In this document: positions 27,504 to 37,764 of the stretch, one piece after another
How the letters are laid out: each line of letters begins with the position of its first letter
Numbering within the stretch: the stretch's first letter is position 1
Source: an uncultured Candidatus Binatia bacterium
Lineage (GTDB): Bacteria; Desulfobacterota; Binatia; UBA9968; JAJDTQ01
Length of the DNA: 64,000 bases
Direction: 5' to 3'
Assembly (NCBI GenBank): GCA_965242525.1
Contig: OZ251459.1
Span: forward strand, 3,296,001-3,360,000
The notes under the pieces: model-generated
Databases searched by the model: none
Seen by the model: the letters and a program-made list of their open reading frames with translations, nothing else
Told to the model about the DNA's origin: nothing
Translations under genes and position numbers: made by a program

Positions 27504-28454
27504 ATGAAATCCAAGTCTCTTGCATTGGCGGCCGCAGCGCTGATGGCCCTGGGCATGGCCGCGGCCCCGGGCGCCGCGCTGGCCGCGGGCGAAAAGCTCG
27601 TCCTCATCAGCCACGCGCCGGACAGCGACAGTTGGTGGAACACCATCAAGAACGCCATCGAGGTGGCGGGCGAGCAGATGGACGTGGAGGTCGATTACCG
27701 CAACCCGCCCACCGGCGACCTGGCCGACATGGCCCGCATCGTCGAGCAGGCTTCGGCGGCCGACCCGGTGGGCATCATCGTCACCATCGCCGACTTCGAC
27801 GTGCTCAAGGGGCCCATCACCGACGCGGTGGACAAGGGCATCCCGGTCATCACCATCAATTCGGGCACCAAGGAGCAGTCCGAGCAACTCGGCGCCCTGA
27901 TGCACGTGGGACAACCGGAATACGACGCCGGCTTCGGCGCCGGCAAGAAGGCCAAGGCCGCGGGGGTGGAGCAGTTCCTGTGCGTCAACCACTACATCAC
28001 CAACCCGGCGTCGGTGGAGCGGTGCCAGGGTTACGCCGACGCCCTCGGGGTGAAGCTCGGCGCCCAGATGATCGACAGCGGCCAGGACCCGGCCGAGATC
28101 AAGAACAAGGTGATGGCGTACCTGAACAGCAACCCCAAGGCCAACGGCATCCTGACCCTGGGGCCGACCTCGGCCCACCCGACCCTGGCCGCGCTGGAAG
28201 AGCTGGGTCTCGAGGGCGAGGTCCATTTCGCCACGTTCGACATCTCCGACGAGATCGCCGCGGCGGTCAAGGACGGAACCATCGCGTTCGCCATCGACCA
28301 GCAGCCCTACCTGCAGGGCTACATGCCGGTGGTGGTCCTCACGAACCTCGCCCGTTACGGGGTGTTGCCCTCGGGGCACATGAACTCCGGTCCGGGGTTC
28401 GTCACCAAGGCCAACATCGCCCTGGTCGAGAAGTACGCCGGCGAATACCGCTGA
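27504..28454 (+). CDS. Sugar (inositol) ABC transporter substrate-binding protein
   Basis: Signal peptide; SHAPDSDSWW, GQPEYDAG, AIDQQPYLQGY. Confidence 0.9.
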   Translation: MKSKSLALAAAALMALGMAAAPGAALAAGEKLVLISHAPDSDSWWNTIKNAIEVAGEQMDVEVDYRNPPTGDLADMARIVEQASAADPVGIIVTIADFDVLKGPITDAVDKGIPVITINSGTKEQSEQLGALMHVGQPEYDAGFGAGKKAKAAGVEQFLCVNHYITNPASVERCQGYADALGVKLGAQMIDSGQDPAEIKNKVMAYLNSNPKANGILTLGPTSAHPTLAALEELGLEGEVHFATFDISDEIAAAVKDGTIAFAIDQQPYLQGYMPVVVLTNLARYGVLPSGHMNSGPGFVTKANIALVEKYAGEYR

Positions 28455-28552
28455 TCGGAGGCTTCCCGACCCGGACAGGCTCCGGGGGCCAGCTCCGCCG
28501 CGGCCGCGGGCTGCGGCGGAGCCGCCGGACCGTCCATCGATTCATGCGACAG

Positions 28553-28686
28553 GGGACTCCGGACAATCGGGCAGGGGGCATGAGCGCGTCCTTCGACTTC
28601 CCTACGCTACGCTCAGGACGAACGGGGATGGGAGGGTCAGGGTGAGGGAGAATCCATCCTCCATGTCTCGATGGTCCGGACGTTTC
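28553..28686. mobile_element. Family-1 MITE inside the ABC operon
   Basis: Degenerate ends plus GTCCTTCGAC..CTACGCTCAGGACGAACGG core and the shared GGGTCAGGGTGAGG block. Confidence 0.7.
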
Positions 28687-28699
28687 GACAGGAGGGGTC

Positions 28700-29797
28700 A
28701 TGGCAGATGAACGTTTGAAGGAGATGTCAACGTTCCGCCGCGCGATGATCCGCCCCGAGCTGGGGGCCATCTGCGGCACGGTCCTGGTCTTCGTCTTCTT
28801 CCTGCTGGTGGCTGCCGACACCGGCATGTTCAGCCCGGAAGGGGCCATGAACTGGGGCGTGGTCTCGGCCCAGTTCGCCATCATTGCCGTCGGCGCGTGC
28901 CTGCTGATGATCGCGGGAGAGTTCGACCTGTCCGTGGGCTCCATGATCGGGTTCGCGGGCATCGTCATCGCCATCGTATCGGTCCAGTGGGGCTATCCCG
29001 TCTGGCTCGGGATCAGCTTGGCCTTCGCCATCGCCGTGGCGCTGGGGGCGCTGAACGGCTGGCTGGTCATCAAGACCGGCCTGCCGAGCTTCATCGTCAC
29101 CCTGGCGTTCCTCTACATCCTCCGGGGCCTCACCATCTTCCTGTCCATCGCCACCACCCGCAAGACCATCATCGGCGGCGTGAAGGACGCGGCGGAGGGG
29201 GACTGGCTGGCGCCGCTGTTCGGCGGCAAGATCTTCAACGGCCTGTTCGTCTGGCTGGCCGACCTGGGGATGATCGAGACCTTCACCCGGGGCCGCCGGG
29301 CCGGCGAGCCCATCGTGGACGGCATCCCCATGCTGATGGTGTGGGCCGTGGTGCTGGTCATCGCCGGGCACTGGTTGCTGACCCGCACCAGGTTCGGCAA
29401 CTGGATCTACGCCTCCGGCGGCGACGCGCAGGCCGCGCGCTACACCGGCGTGCCGGTGGACCGCGTCAAGATCCTGATGTTCATGTTCACGGCGTTCTGC
29501 GCCGCGGTGTTCGCCACCTGCCAGGTGATGGAGTTCGGCTCCGCCGCGGCGGACCGCGGCCTGCTGAAGGAGTTCGAGGCCATCATCTGCGTGGTCATCG
29601 GCGGCGCCCTGCTGACCGGCGGCTACGGCTCGGTGGTGGGCGCGGCGCTGGGCGCGCTGATCTTCGGCGTGGTCCAGCAGGGCCTCTTCTTCACGGGCGT
29701 GGAAAGCAGCCTGTTCCGCGTCTTCCTGGGCCTCATCCTCTTGCTGGCGGTGATCCTGAACACCTACATCCGCCGCATGATCACGGGAGAACGATGA
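28700..29797 (+). CDS. Sugar ABC transporter permease
   Basis: [38 protein letters not shown]. Confidence 0.92.
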   Translation: MADERLKEMSTFRRAMIRPELGAICGTVLVFVFFLLVAADTGMFSPEGAMNWGVVSAQFAIIAVGACLLMIAGEFDLSVGSMIGFAGIVIAIVSVQWGYPVWLGISLAFAIAVALGALNGWLVIKTGLPSFIVTLAFLYILRGLTIFLSIATTRKTIIGGVKDAAEGDWLAPLFGGKIFNGLFVWLADLGMIETFTRGRRAGEPIVDGIPMLMVWAVVLVIAGHWLLTRTRFGNWIYASGGDAQAARYTGVPVDRVKILMFMFTAFCAAVFATCQVMEFGSAAADRGLLKEFEAIICVVIGGALLTGGYGSVVGAALGALIFGVVQQGLFFTGVESSLFRVFLGLILLLAVILNTYIRRMITGER

Positions 29798-30615
29798 TGA
29801 GCGAACCCCTCGTGGAAATGCGTGACGTGCATACCGGCGACGACTCGTTGATCGAGTTGTCCGACATCGAGAAGCACTTCGGCGCGGTGATCGCCCTGGC
29901 GGGCGTATCGGTGGCGGTGTACCCGGGCGAATGCCACTGCCTGCTGGGGGACAACGGCGCCGGCAAATCGACCTTCATCAAGACCATGTCCGGGGTGCAC
30001 AAGCCCACCAGCGGCCGGATCCTCATGGGCGGCAAGCCGGTGACCTTCGAGAGCCCCCGGGACGCCATGCTGGCGGGTATCGCCACCGTCTATCAGGACC
30101 TGGCCATGATCCCGCTGATGTCGGTGACCCGCAATTTCTGGATGGGCCGCGAGCCCACCCGGGGTTTCGGGCCGTTCCGGTACATCGACTTCAGGAAGGC
30201 CAACGAGGTCACCATGTCGCGCATGGCCGAGATGGGCATCCGCCTGCGCGAGCCCACCCAGGCGGTGGGGACCCTGTCCGGCGGCGAGCGCCAGACGGTG
30301 GCCATCGCCCGCGCCGTCTATTTCGGCGCGAAGATCCTGATCCTGGACGAGCCCACGTCGGCGTTGGGCGTGCGACAGACCTCGAACGTCCTCGCCACCA
30401 TCGACCGCGTTCGCAAGACCGGCATCGGCGTGGTCTTCATCACCCACAACGTCCGCCACGCCATGGCGGTGGGGGACCGCTACACGGTCCTGAACCGGGG
30501 CGCCACCCTGGGCACCGCCAAGCGGGGGGAGATCCAGGCCGACGAACTCCAGGACATGATGGCGGGGGGACAGGAGCTGGCGGAACTCGAAGGCTCCCTC
30601 GGCGGCACCGTTTGA
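29794..30615 (+). CDS. Sugar ABC transporter ATP-binding protein
   Basis: [22 protein letters not shown]. Confidence 0.92.
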   Translation: MMSEPLVEMRDVHTGDDSLIELSDIEKHFGAVIALAGVSVAVYPGECHCLLGDNGAGKSTFIKTMSGVHKPTSGRILMGGKPVTFESPRDAMLAGIATVYQDLAMIPLMSVTRNFWMGREPTRGFGPFRYIDFRKANEVTMSRMAEMGIRLREPTQAVGTLSGGERQTVAIARAVYFGAKILILDEPTSALGVRQTSNVLATIDRVRKTGIGVVFITHNVRHAMAVGDRYTVLNRGATLGTAKRGEIQADELQDMMAGGQELAELEGSLGGTV

Positions 30616-32513
30616 TGCGGCCGCTGGACGTGATCTCCATCGGGCGCTCCTCGGTGGACCTCTACGGCGGCCAGGTGGGCGGCCGCCTGGAAGACATGCG
30701 GACCTTCCGCAAGTACCTCGGGGGCTCGCCCGCCAACGCCGCCGCGGGCGCCGCGCGGCTGGGCCTCAAGTCGGCGGTCATCACGCGCGTGGGCGACGAG
30801 CACATGGGCCGCTTCGTCCGGGAGCAGCTACGGGCCGAAGGGGTGGACGTGCGCGGCGTCGTCACCGACCCGCACCGGCTCACCGCGCTGGTGCTGCTGG
30901 GCATCCGCGACCGGGAGCGGTTCCCGTTGATCTTCTACCGCGAGGACTGCGCCGACATGGCCCTGTCGCCGGACGACATCGACCCGGACTTCATCGCCGA
31001 GGCCCGCTGCGTCCTGGCCTCCGGCACCCACCTGTCGCATCCCCGGACCGAGGCCGCCACCCTGCGGGCCCTCGACTTGGCGCGCCGGTCGGGGGCGAAG
31101 ACGGTCCTGGACATCGACTACCGGCCCAACCTGTGGGGCCTCTCCGGGCACGGGGACGGGGAGAACCGCTTCATCGAGTCCGCGGCCGTGACGGCCCGGC
31201 TGCAAGCGGTGCTGCCGCGGTTCGACGTGGTGGTCGGCACCGAAGAGGAGTTCCGCGTGGCGGGGGGCGCGTCCGACACCATCAAGGCCCTGGCCGGGGT
31301 GCGGAAGGTGTCCGAGGCCACGCTGGTGTGCAAGCGCGGCGCCGCGGGCGCCGCGGCGTTCGAGGGGGCCATCCCCGAAAGCCTCGACGAGGGCATCGGC
31401 GGAGAGGCGTTCGAGGTGGAGGTGTTCAACGTCCTGGGCGCCGGCGACGGCTTCATGGCCGGACTCCTCAAGGGCTGGCTTTCGGGGGAGGACTGGGCCG
31501 GGACCCTGCGCATGGCCAACGCCTGCGGCGCGCTGGCGGTCTCGCGCCACGGCTGCACGCCGGCGTACCCCAGCCTGGTCGAGCTGCGCGACTTCCTGGA
31601 GAACGGGGCGTCCACGCCGGCCGTGCGGCAGGACCCGCGGCTGGAGCAGCTCCATTGGGCCACGAACCGGTCCCGGGAGTGGCCCGTCCTGCGCGTGTTC
31701 GCCTTCGACCACCGGGCGCAGTTCGAGGCCATGGCGGGCGCCGGGGCGGACCGCATCGGCGCGTTCAAGGGCCTGTGCCTGGAGGCGGCGCTGGGCGTGG
31801 CCGATGGCCGCCGCGGCTACGGGATCCTGTGCGACCACCGCCTGGGCCGTGACGCGCTCCATGCGGCCGCGGGAACGGGCCTGTGGATCGGCCGGCCGGT
31901 GGAGGCGCCCGGGGCCCGGCCGTTGCGGCTGGAGATCGGCGGCGACTTCGGCTCGGCGCTGGTGGAATGGCCCTCCGAGCACGTGGTCAAGGTCCTCTGC
32001 CCCTGCCACCCGGACGACCCGGAGGACCTTCGCGCCGATCAGGAGGCCACGGTGGCGCGGCTGGCCCAGGCCGCCCGGGCCAACTCCCTGGACTTGCTGG
32101 TGGAGGTGGTTCCCTCGAAGTTCGGGCCGGTGGACGAGGCCACCACCGCGGCGCTGGTGGAGCGGTTCTACTCCATCGGGGTCTTCCCCGACTGGTGGAA
32201 ACTGGAGCCCACGGCCTCGGACGAGGCCTGGCGCCGCACCTGTGACGTCATCGACGCCAACGACCCCCACTGCCGGGGCATCGTGGTCCTGGGGCTGGAC
32301 GCGCCCCTGGACCGCCTGCAGGAGAGTTTCCGGGTCGCGGCCCGGCGCCCGCAGGTCAAGGGGTTCGCGGTGGGGCGCACCATCTTCTCGGAGGCCGCCC
32401 GCTGCTGGATGGACGGCCGCATGTCCGACCGGGAGGCGGTGGCCAGCATGGCCGGGAAGTTCGCGCGGCTCTGCGAAGCCTGGGACGAGGCCCGGGCGGG
32501 GTGTGCCCCATGA
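30615..32513 (+). CDS. iolC: 5-dehydro-2-deoxygluconokinase with C-terminal DUF2090 aldolase domain
   Basis: GRSSVDLYG, FPLIFYR, NVLGAGDGF, AFDHR, PDWWKLEP, GFAVGRTIF. Confidence 0.93.
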   Translation: MRPLDVISIGRSSVDLYGGQVGGRLEDMRTFRKYLGGSPANAAAGAARLGLKSAVITRVGDEHMGRFVREQLRAEGVDVRGVVTDPHRLTALVLLGIRDRERFPLIFYREDCADMALSPDDIDPDFIAEARCVLASGTHLSHPRTEAATLRALDLARRSGAKTVLDIDYRPNLWGLSGHGDGENRFIESAAVTARLQAVLPRFDVVVGTEEEFRVAGGASDTIKALAGVRKVSEATLVCKRGAAGAAAFEGAIPESLDEGIGGEAFEVEVFNVLGAGDGFMAGLLKGWLSGEDWAGTLRMANACGALAVSRHGCTPAYPSLVELRDFLENGASTPAVRQDPRLEQLHWATNRSREWPVLRVFAFDHRAQFEAMAGAGADRIGAFKGLCLEAALGVADGRRGYGILCDHRLGRDALHAAAGTGLWIGRPVEAPGARPLRLEIGGDFGSALVEWPSEHVVKVLCPCHPDDPEDLRADQEATVARLAQAARANSLDLLVEVVPSKFGPVDEATTAALVERFYSIGVFPDWWKLEPTASDEAWRRTCDVIDANDPHCRGIVVLGLDAPLDRLQESFRVAARRPQVKGFAVGRTIFSEAARCWMDGRMSDREAVASMAGKFARLCEAWDEARAGCAP

Positions 32514-34330
32514 GCACGGTGCGACTGACCGCGGCCCAGGCCCTGGTCCGCTACCTCGGCGCACAGGCCAACGAGGACGGCGAGCGCCTGGTGGCGGGCG
32601 TGTGGGCGATCTTCGGGCACGGCAACGTGGCCGGCCTGGGCGAGGCCCTGTACCACGCGGGCGACGCGCTTCCCACCTGGCGGGGCCACAACGAGCAGGG
32701 CATGGCCCACGCGGCCATCGCCTACGCCAAGGCCCGCAACCGCAAACGGGTCATGGCGGTGACGTCCTCCATCGGCCCCGGCGCCACCAACATGGTCACC
32801 GCCGCGGCGCTGGCGCACGTCAACCGTCTGCCGGTGCTGCTGTTGCCCGGGGACGTGTTCGCCAACCGGGTTCCCGACCCGGTGTTGCAACAGGTGGAGG
32901 ATTTCCGGGACGGCACCGTCAGCGCCAACGACTGCTTCCGCCCGGTGAGCCGGTACTTCGACCGCATCACCCGTCCCGAGCAACTGCTGACGGCGTTGCC
33001 GCGGGCCCTGGCGACGCTCGTGGACCCGGCCGAGTGCGGTCCCGCCACCCTCGCCCTCTGCCAGGACGTCCAGGCCGAAGCATGGGACTATCCCGAGGCG
33101 TTCTTCCGGCCTCGGACCTGGGCCATGCGGCGGCAACGGCCAGACCCCCGGGAACTGGACCGCGCGGTAGAGGCCCTGCGGGCCGCCAGGGCGCCCCTCC
33201 TCATCGCCGGCGGCGGGGTCCACTACTCCGGCGCCTGCGACACGCTCGCCGCCTTCGCCGAGCGCCGGGGCATCCCCGTGGCCGAGACCCAGGCCGGGAA
33301 GTCGGCGTTGCCGTGGATGCACCCGTGCAACGTGGGAGCCGTGGGCGTGACCGGCGCCGAGAGCGCCAACGCCCTGGCCCGGGAGGCGGACCTGATCGTG
33401 GCGGTGGGCACCCGCTTGCAGGACTTCACCACCGGGTCATGGAGCCTCTTCCGGAACCCGGCCGTCCGGCTGCTGGCCGTCAACGCCGCGGCCTTCGACG
33501 CGGGGAAGCACGACGCCGTGGCGGTGGTCGGCGACGCGCGCACGACCCTGGAAGAACTGGACGCCGCTCTGGGCGGCCGCGTCTTCGCCCTCCCGAACCG
33601 GGCATCGAAGGAGGAATGGGACCGGGCCGCGGACGCCGCCACCCGCGCAACGGACCACGGCGCGCTGCCGTCGGACGCCCAGGTGGTCGGTGCGGTGCAA
33701 CGGACCATGGCCGACAACGGGGTCATCGTCTGCGCGGCCGGCGGCCTGCCCGGCGAATTGCACAAACTGTGGCGCTCGCCCCGCCGCGGCGACTACCACC
33801 TGGAATACGGCTATTCGTGCATGGGCTACGAGATCGCGGGCGGGCTGGGCGTCAAGATGGCTCGCCCCGAGGCCGACGTGGTGGTGGTGGTGGGCGACGG
33901 GTCCTACATGATGATGAACTCGGAGCTCGCCACCAGCGTGATGCTGGGCCTGAAACTGACCGTGGTGGTCCTGGACAACCGGGGCTTCGGGTGCATCGAC
34001 CGGCTGCAACGGGCCACCGGGGGGGCCAGCTTCCACAACCTGCTGGACACGGCCCGGCGCCGGCAGCCTTCGGCCATCGACTTCGCCGCCCATGCCGCGT
34101 CCATGGGGGCCGCGGCGACGCGCGTGGAGAGCATCGCGGGCCTGGAAGCCGCCATGGTCGAGGCCCGCTCCAACCAACGCTCCACTGTCGTCGTCATCGA
34201 CACCGACCCGACGGCGGCCACCGAGGCCGGGGGCCACTGGTGGGACGTGGCGGTGCCCGAGGTCTCGCAGCGGGCCGAGGTGGCCGCGGCGCGCGAGGCC
34301 TACGACGAGGCGCGAAGGAAGCGCCCGTGA
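32510..34330 (+). CDS. iolD: 3D-(3,5/4)-trihydroxycyclohexane-1,2-dione acylhydrolase
   Basis: IFGHGNVAG, SIGPGATN, EYGYSCMGYE, GDGSYMM, WWDVAVPE. Confidence 0.95.
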   Translation: MSTVRLTAAQALVRYLGAQANEDGERLVAGVWAIFGHGNVAGLGEALYHAGDALPTWRGHNEQGMAHAAIAYAKARNRKRVMAVTSSIGPGATNMVTAAALAHVNRLPVLLLPGDVFANRVPDPVLQQVEDFRDGTVSANDCFRPVSRYFDRITRPEQLLTALPRALATLVDPAECGPATLALCQDVQAEAWDYPEAFFRPRTWAMRRQRPDPRELDRAVEALRAARAPLLIAGGGVHYSGACDTLAAFAERRGIPVAETQAGKSALPWMHPCNVGAVGVTGAESANALAREADLIVAVGTRLQDFTTGSWSLFRNPAVRLLAVNAAAFDAGKHDAVAVVGDARTTLEELDAALGGRVFALPNRASKEEWDRAADAATRATDHGALPSDAQVVGAVQRTMADNGVIVCAAGGLPGELHKLWRSPRRGDYHLEYGYSCMGYEIAGGLGVKMARPEADVVVVVGDGSYMMMNSELATSVMLGLKLTVVVLDNRGFGCIDRLQRATGGASFHNLLDTARRRQPSAIDFAAHAASMGAAATRVESIAGLEAAMVEARSNQRSTVVVIDTDPTAATEAGGHWWDVAVPEVSQRAEVAAAREAYDEARRKRP

Positions 34331-35292
34331 TCCGGTACGGGACCAACCCCGTGGCGTGGTCCAACGACGACGACCCGAGCCTGGGGGGCCACATCCCGCT
34401 GGAGCGGTGCCTGAGGGACGCAAGCCGCATCGGTTTCGAGGGCATCGAGAAGGGCCGCAAGTTCCCCTCGGGCGCCGCGGCCCTGGAGGCGGCCCTCGAG
34501 CCCTACGGCTTGGCCTACGTGTCCGGGTGGCACTCGTTGAAGCTGCTGGAACGGTCGGTGGAGGACGAGAGGTCGGCGCTCCAGCCCCACCTGGACGTGC
34601 TGGTGGAGTTGGGTTGCTCGGTCTGCATCGTCTGCGAGACCACGGGCGCAGTCCACGGCCGGGCGGACACGCCCCTGGCCGGTCGGCCGAAGCTCGCGGC
34701 CTCCGACTGGGGCGGGTTCTGCGCCGACCTGGAAGCCCTGGCCGCACACTGCGCGGACGCGGGCGTCCACTTGGCCTACCACCACCACATGGGCACGGTG
34801 GTGGAGACAATGGAGGACATCGAGGCGTTCATGGACCATGCCGGGCCGCACACGAAGCTGCTCCTGGACACCGGGCACGCGGCCTTCGCGGGCGCGGACC
34901 CCGCGCTCCTGGCGGAACGCTACATGGACCGCGTGGTCCACGTCCACGCCAAGAACGTCCGCCCCGCGGTGCGCCGCCGGGCCCTGGACGAAGGGCTGTC
35001 GTTCCTCCAGGCCGTCCGGCTCGGGGTGTTCACGGTGCCGGGGGACCGCGAGGGCGGGGTGGATTTCCCCGCGGTGCTGCGCATGGCGGCCCGGGGCCGG
35101 TACTCGGGGTGGCTCATATCCGAGGCCGAGCAGGACCCCGCGGAACGGGACCCGGTGTTCTACCAGACGTTGGCGTTGAAGACGCTTCGCGCCATGGCGC
35201 GGGAGGCCGGCCTGGACCCCGCGCCAACGAGCCGTAAAGGAACCTCTGAACGCTCGGGACATCCGGGATGGATTTCCTCACCCTCATCCTGA
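34327..35292 (+). CDS. iolE: myo-inosose-2 dehydratase
   Basis: NPVAWSNDD, YHHHMGT, LDTGH, FTVPGD, EAEQDP; the C-terminus reads into a MITE. Confidence 0.92.
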   Translation: MIRYGTNPVAWSNDDDPSLGGHIPLERCLRDASRIGFEGIEKGRKFPSGAAALEAALEPYGLAYVSGWHSLKLLERSVEDERSALQPHLDVLVELGCSVCIVCETTGAVHGRADTPLAGRPKLAASDWGGFCADLEALAAHCADAGVHLAYHHHMGTVVETMEDIEAFMDHAGPHTKLLLDTGHAAFAGADPALLAERYMDRVVHVHAKNVRPAVRRRALDEGLSFLQAVRLGVFTVPGDREGGVDFPAVLRMAARGRYSGWLISEAEQDPAERDPVFYQTLALKTLRAMAREAGLDPAPTSRKGTSERSGHPGWISSPSS

Positions 35293-35444
35293 CCGTCCTG
35301 TCTCCGTTCGTCCCGAGCGCAGCGCAACGGAGACCTCCGTTCATCCCGAGCGTAGCGAAGCGGAGACCTCCGTTCGTCCTGAGCGTAGCGAAGCGGAGTC
35401 GAAGGGCGCGCTCATGCCCCTTGGCGCGATTGTTCGGAAGTTCC
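35239..35444. mobile_element. Family-1 MITE with triplicated REP core
   Basis: GGAACCTCTGAAC...GATTGTTCGGAAGTTCC and three CCGTTCRTCCYGAGCG units. Confidence 0.8.
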
Positions 35445-35474
35445 TGAAGAGGACATGAACGAGGGAGAACTGAA

Positions 35475-36287
35475 TTGACCAGTCTGTTGCGAAGGCCGTC
35501 GGGGAAGACGGGCAAGGTCGTCGAGGTCACGCCCGAGAACGCCGGATGGCGGTACGTGGGGTTCGCCGTCCATGCGCTGAAAGTCGGTGACACCGCGGGA
35601 GAGGCCACGGGCGACCGCGAGGTCATCCTGGTCATGGTCGAAGGCAAGGCCCGCCTGTCCACGCCCGAAGCGGATTTCGGGGTCCGGGGCGAGCGCATGA
35701 GCGTCTTCGAGCGGACCAGGCCCCACGCCGTCTATGTCCCCAACGGGACCCGCTGGGCCGCGCGCGCGGCAACGGATTGCGTCATCGCGGCGTGCTCCGC
35801 GCCCGGGTTCGGAGGCCACCCGGCCGCGGCCATCGACCCGGACGGCATACCGCTGGTGGAACGGGGCAGGGGCGCCAACACGCGCTACGTGCACCCCATC
35901 GCCATGGACGACGCCGACGTTGCCGACAGCCTGCTCATCACCGAGGTCTTCACGCCCCAGGGCAACTGGTCCAGCTATCCGCCCCACCGCCACGACGGCG
36001 ACGAGGGCGGGGACATGACCCATCTGGAAGAGATCTACTACCACCGGATCGACCCGCCCCAGGGGTTCGCCTTCCAGCGGGTGTTCACCGAAGACGGCGA
36101 ACTGGACGAGACCATGGCCGTTTCCGACGGCGACACCGTCCTCGTGCCCCGGGGACACCATCCGTGCGGCGCGCCCTACGGGTACGACCTTTACTACCTG
36201 AACGTCATGGCGGGTCCCAAGCGTCAGTGGCGCTTCCGGAACCACCCCGACCACGACTGGATCTACCGGCGGGACTCGAAGCCATGA
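35475..36287 (+). CDS. iolB: 5-deoxy-glucuronate isomerase
   Basis: AGWRYVGF, GNWSSYPPHRHD, LEEIYY, YYLNVMAGP. Confidence 0.95.
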   Translation: MTSLLRRPSGKTGKVVEVTPENAGWRYVGFAVHALKVGDTAGEATGDREVILVMVEGKARLSTPEADFGVRGERMSVFERTRPHAVYVPNGTRWAARAATDCVIAACSAPGFGGHPAAAIDPDGIPLVERGRGANTRYVHPIAMDDADVADSLLITEVFTPQGNWSSYPPHRHDGDEGGDMTHLEEIYYHRIDPPQGFAFQRVFTEDGELDETMAVSDGDTVLVPRGHHPCGAPYGYDLYYLNVMAGPKRQWRFRNHPDHDWIYRRDSKP

Positions 36288-37294
36288 ACGGCCCTGTCCG
36301 GCTGGGGCTGTTGGGGGCCGGCCGGATCGGACATATCCATGCGCGGTCCGTTGCGGACGCCGAGGACGCGCGGCTGGTGGCGGTGGCCGACCCCGACGAG
36401 GCGGCCGCGGCCTCCATCGTTCGCATGACCGGGGCCCGCGCCGCGTCCGCGGAGGAGGTGCTGCGCGACCCCGAGGTCGAAGGCGTCCTCATCGCAACGC
36501 CCACCGACCTGCACGCCGGCCAGGTCGAAAGGGCGGCCGAGTCGGGCAAGGCGATATTCTGCGAGAAACCCATCGACCTGGACCTGTCCCGGGCGAAACG
36601 GGGCGTCGCCGCCGCGGTCCGGTGCGGGGTCCCGCTGATGGTGGGGTTCAACCGCCGGTTCGACCCGTCGTTCCGGCGGCTGCGCGACGAGATCGACCGT
36701 GGCCGCCTCGGGGCGGTGGAGCTCGTGCAGATCACCTCCCGCGACCCGGAGCCGCCTCCCATGGAGTACCTCCGACGGTCCGGCGGCCTGTTCCGGGACA
36801 TGATGATCCACGACTTCGACATGGCCCGGTTCCTCCTGGGCGAACAGGTGGTGGAAGTCATGGCCGCGGGTTCGGCCCTCGTGGACCGGGACGTGGCCGC
36901 GGCCGGCGACGTGGACACCGCGGCGGTGGTGCTGCGTTCCGCAAGCGGGCGTCTGTGCCTGGTCTCGAACTCGCGCCGGGCCGCCTACGGCTACGACCAG
37001 CGCATCGAGGTCCACGGCTCCGAAGGCATGGCCCTCGCCGGCAACCCCGTAGCCACGACCGTCACCCGCGCCGACCGGTCGGGGTTCGCCGCGGACCCCC
37101 TCGACGCCTCCTTCACCGCCCGTTACGCCGCGGCCTACCGGCAGGAAATCCTGACGTTCTGCGCGGTGGTCCGGGGCGCCAGCCCGGCGTATCCGGACGG
37201 CGCGGACGGCCTCGCGGCCCTCGCCATCGCCGACGCCGCCTCGGAGTCCCTGGCTACCGGTCGTGCGGTTCAGGTCGGGCAGGTGGACATGTGA
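36284..37294 (+). CDS. iolG: myo-inositol 2-dehydrogenase
   Basis: GAGRIG, FCEKP, GFNRRFD, SRDP, SGGLFRDMMIHDFD, YGYDQRIE. Confidence 0.93.
   Translation: MNGPVRLGLLGAGRIGHIHARSVADAEDARLVAVADPDEAAAASIVRMTGARAASAEEVLRDPEVEGVLIATPTDLHAGQVERAAESGKAIFCEKPIDLDLSRAKRGVAAAVRCGVPLMVGFNRRFDPSFRRLRDEIDRGRLGAVELVQITSRDPEPPPMEYLRRSGGLFRDMMIHDFDMARFLLGEQVVEVMAAGSALVDRDVAAAGDVDTAAVVLRSASGRLCLVSNSRRAAYGYDQRIEVHGSEGMALAGNPVATTVTRADRSGFAADPLDASFTARYAAAYRQEILTFCAVVRGASPAYPDGADGLAALAIADAASESLATGRAVQVGQVDM
37011..37277 (+). repeat. Left copy of a 267-bp direct repeat (3' end of iolG)
   Basis: Near-identical to 41682-41948, with only a handful of mostly third-position differences. Confidence 0.92.
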
Positions 37295-37754
37295 CCGGGC
37301 CGCTCGCGTTGTCACTTGTTCCGTATTTGCGAAGGTCTGCAGAATCCGAGGGTCCCGGGTTTCTCTTGTGGAACGTTCTTATCAATTCCTGGCCCGATGG
37401 CATGTCGAAGAGTTGCGCCAGCAACACGTTGACGGTTTCGGATTTCGCCGTCCTGCTGGCAACCCTTATTTCGAGCAGTTTGGCAAGTTCCCTGATTTGC
37501 TGCAATGACAGAGAACTGAGTTGTTGCTCGGCGTTGCTGCGCCCAAGGCCAGGTAGCAGTTCGGCAAGTTCGGCTATCTCACTTTGCCGAAGCCCGTTGG
37601 ATTTCTTCTTGTTATGGGAAACGTCCGGCGCCTCTGCGGTTCGAGGAATACCTTCCGTGTGAACCTGGAACTCGGGTATGGTTCGCAGTACCTTGATTAC
37701 CTCTTCAAGGGCGTCCGCAAGGTCGCGGGATGTCTGGATCTGGCCATTTGGCAT
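37254..37754 (-). CDS. Hypothetical protein downstream of parA, possible SAP/Rho-N-like DNA-binding motif
   Basis: ATG 37754 with RBS AGGAGG; LSSLSLQQIRELAKLLEIRV motif; AT-richer. Confidence 0.6.
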   Translation of the reverse strand: MPNGQIQTSRDLADALEEVIKVLRTIPEFQVHTEGIPRTAEAPDVSHNKKKSNGLRQSEIAELAELLPGLGRSNAEQQLSSLSLQQIRELAKLLEIRVASRTAKSETVNVLLAQLFDMPSGQELIRTFHKRNPGPSDSADLRKYGTSDNASGPVTCPPARPEPHDR

Positions 37755-37764
37755 GATTGACCTC

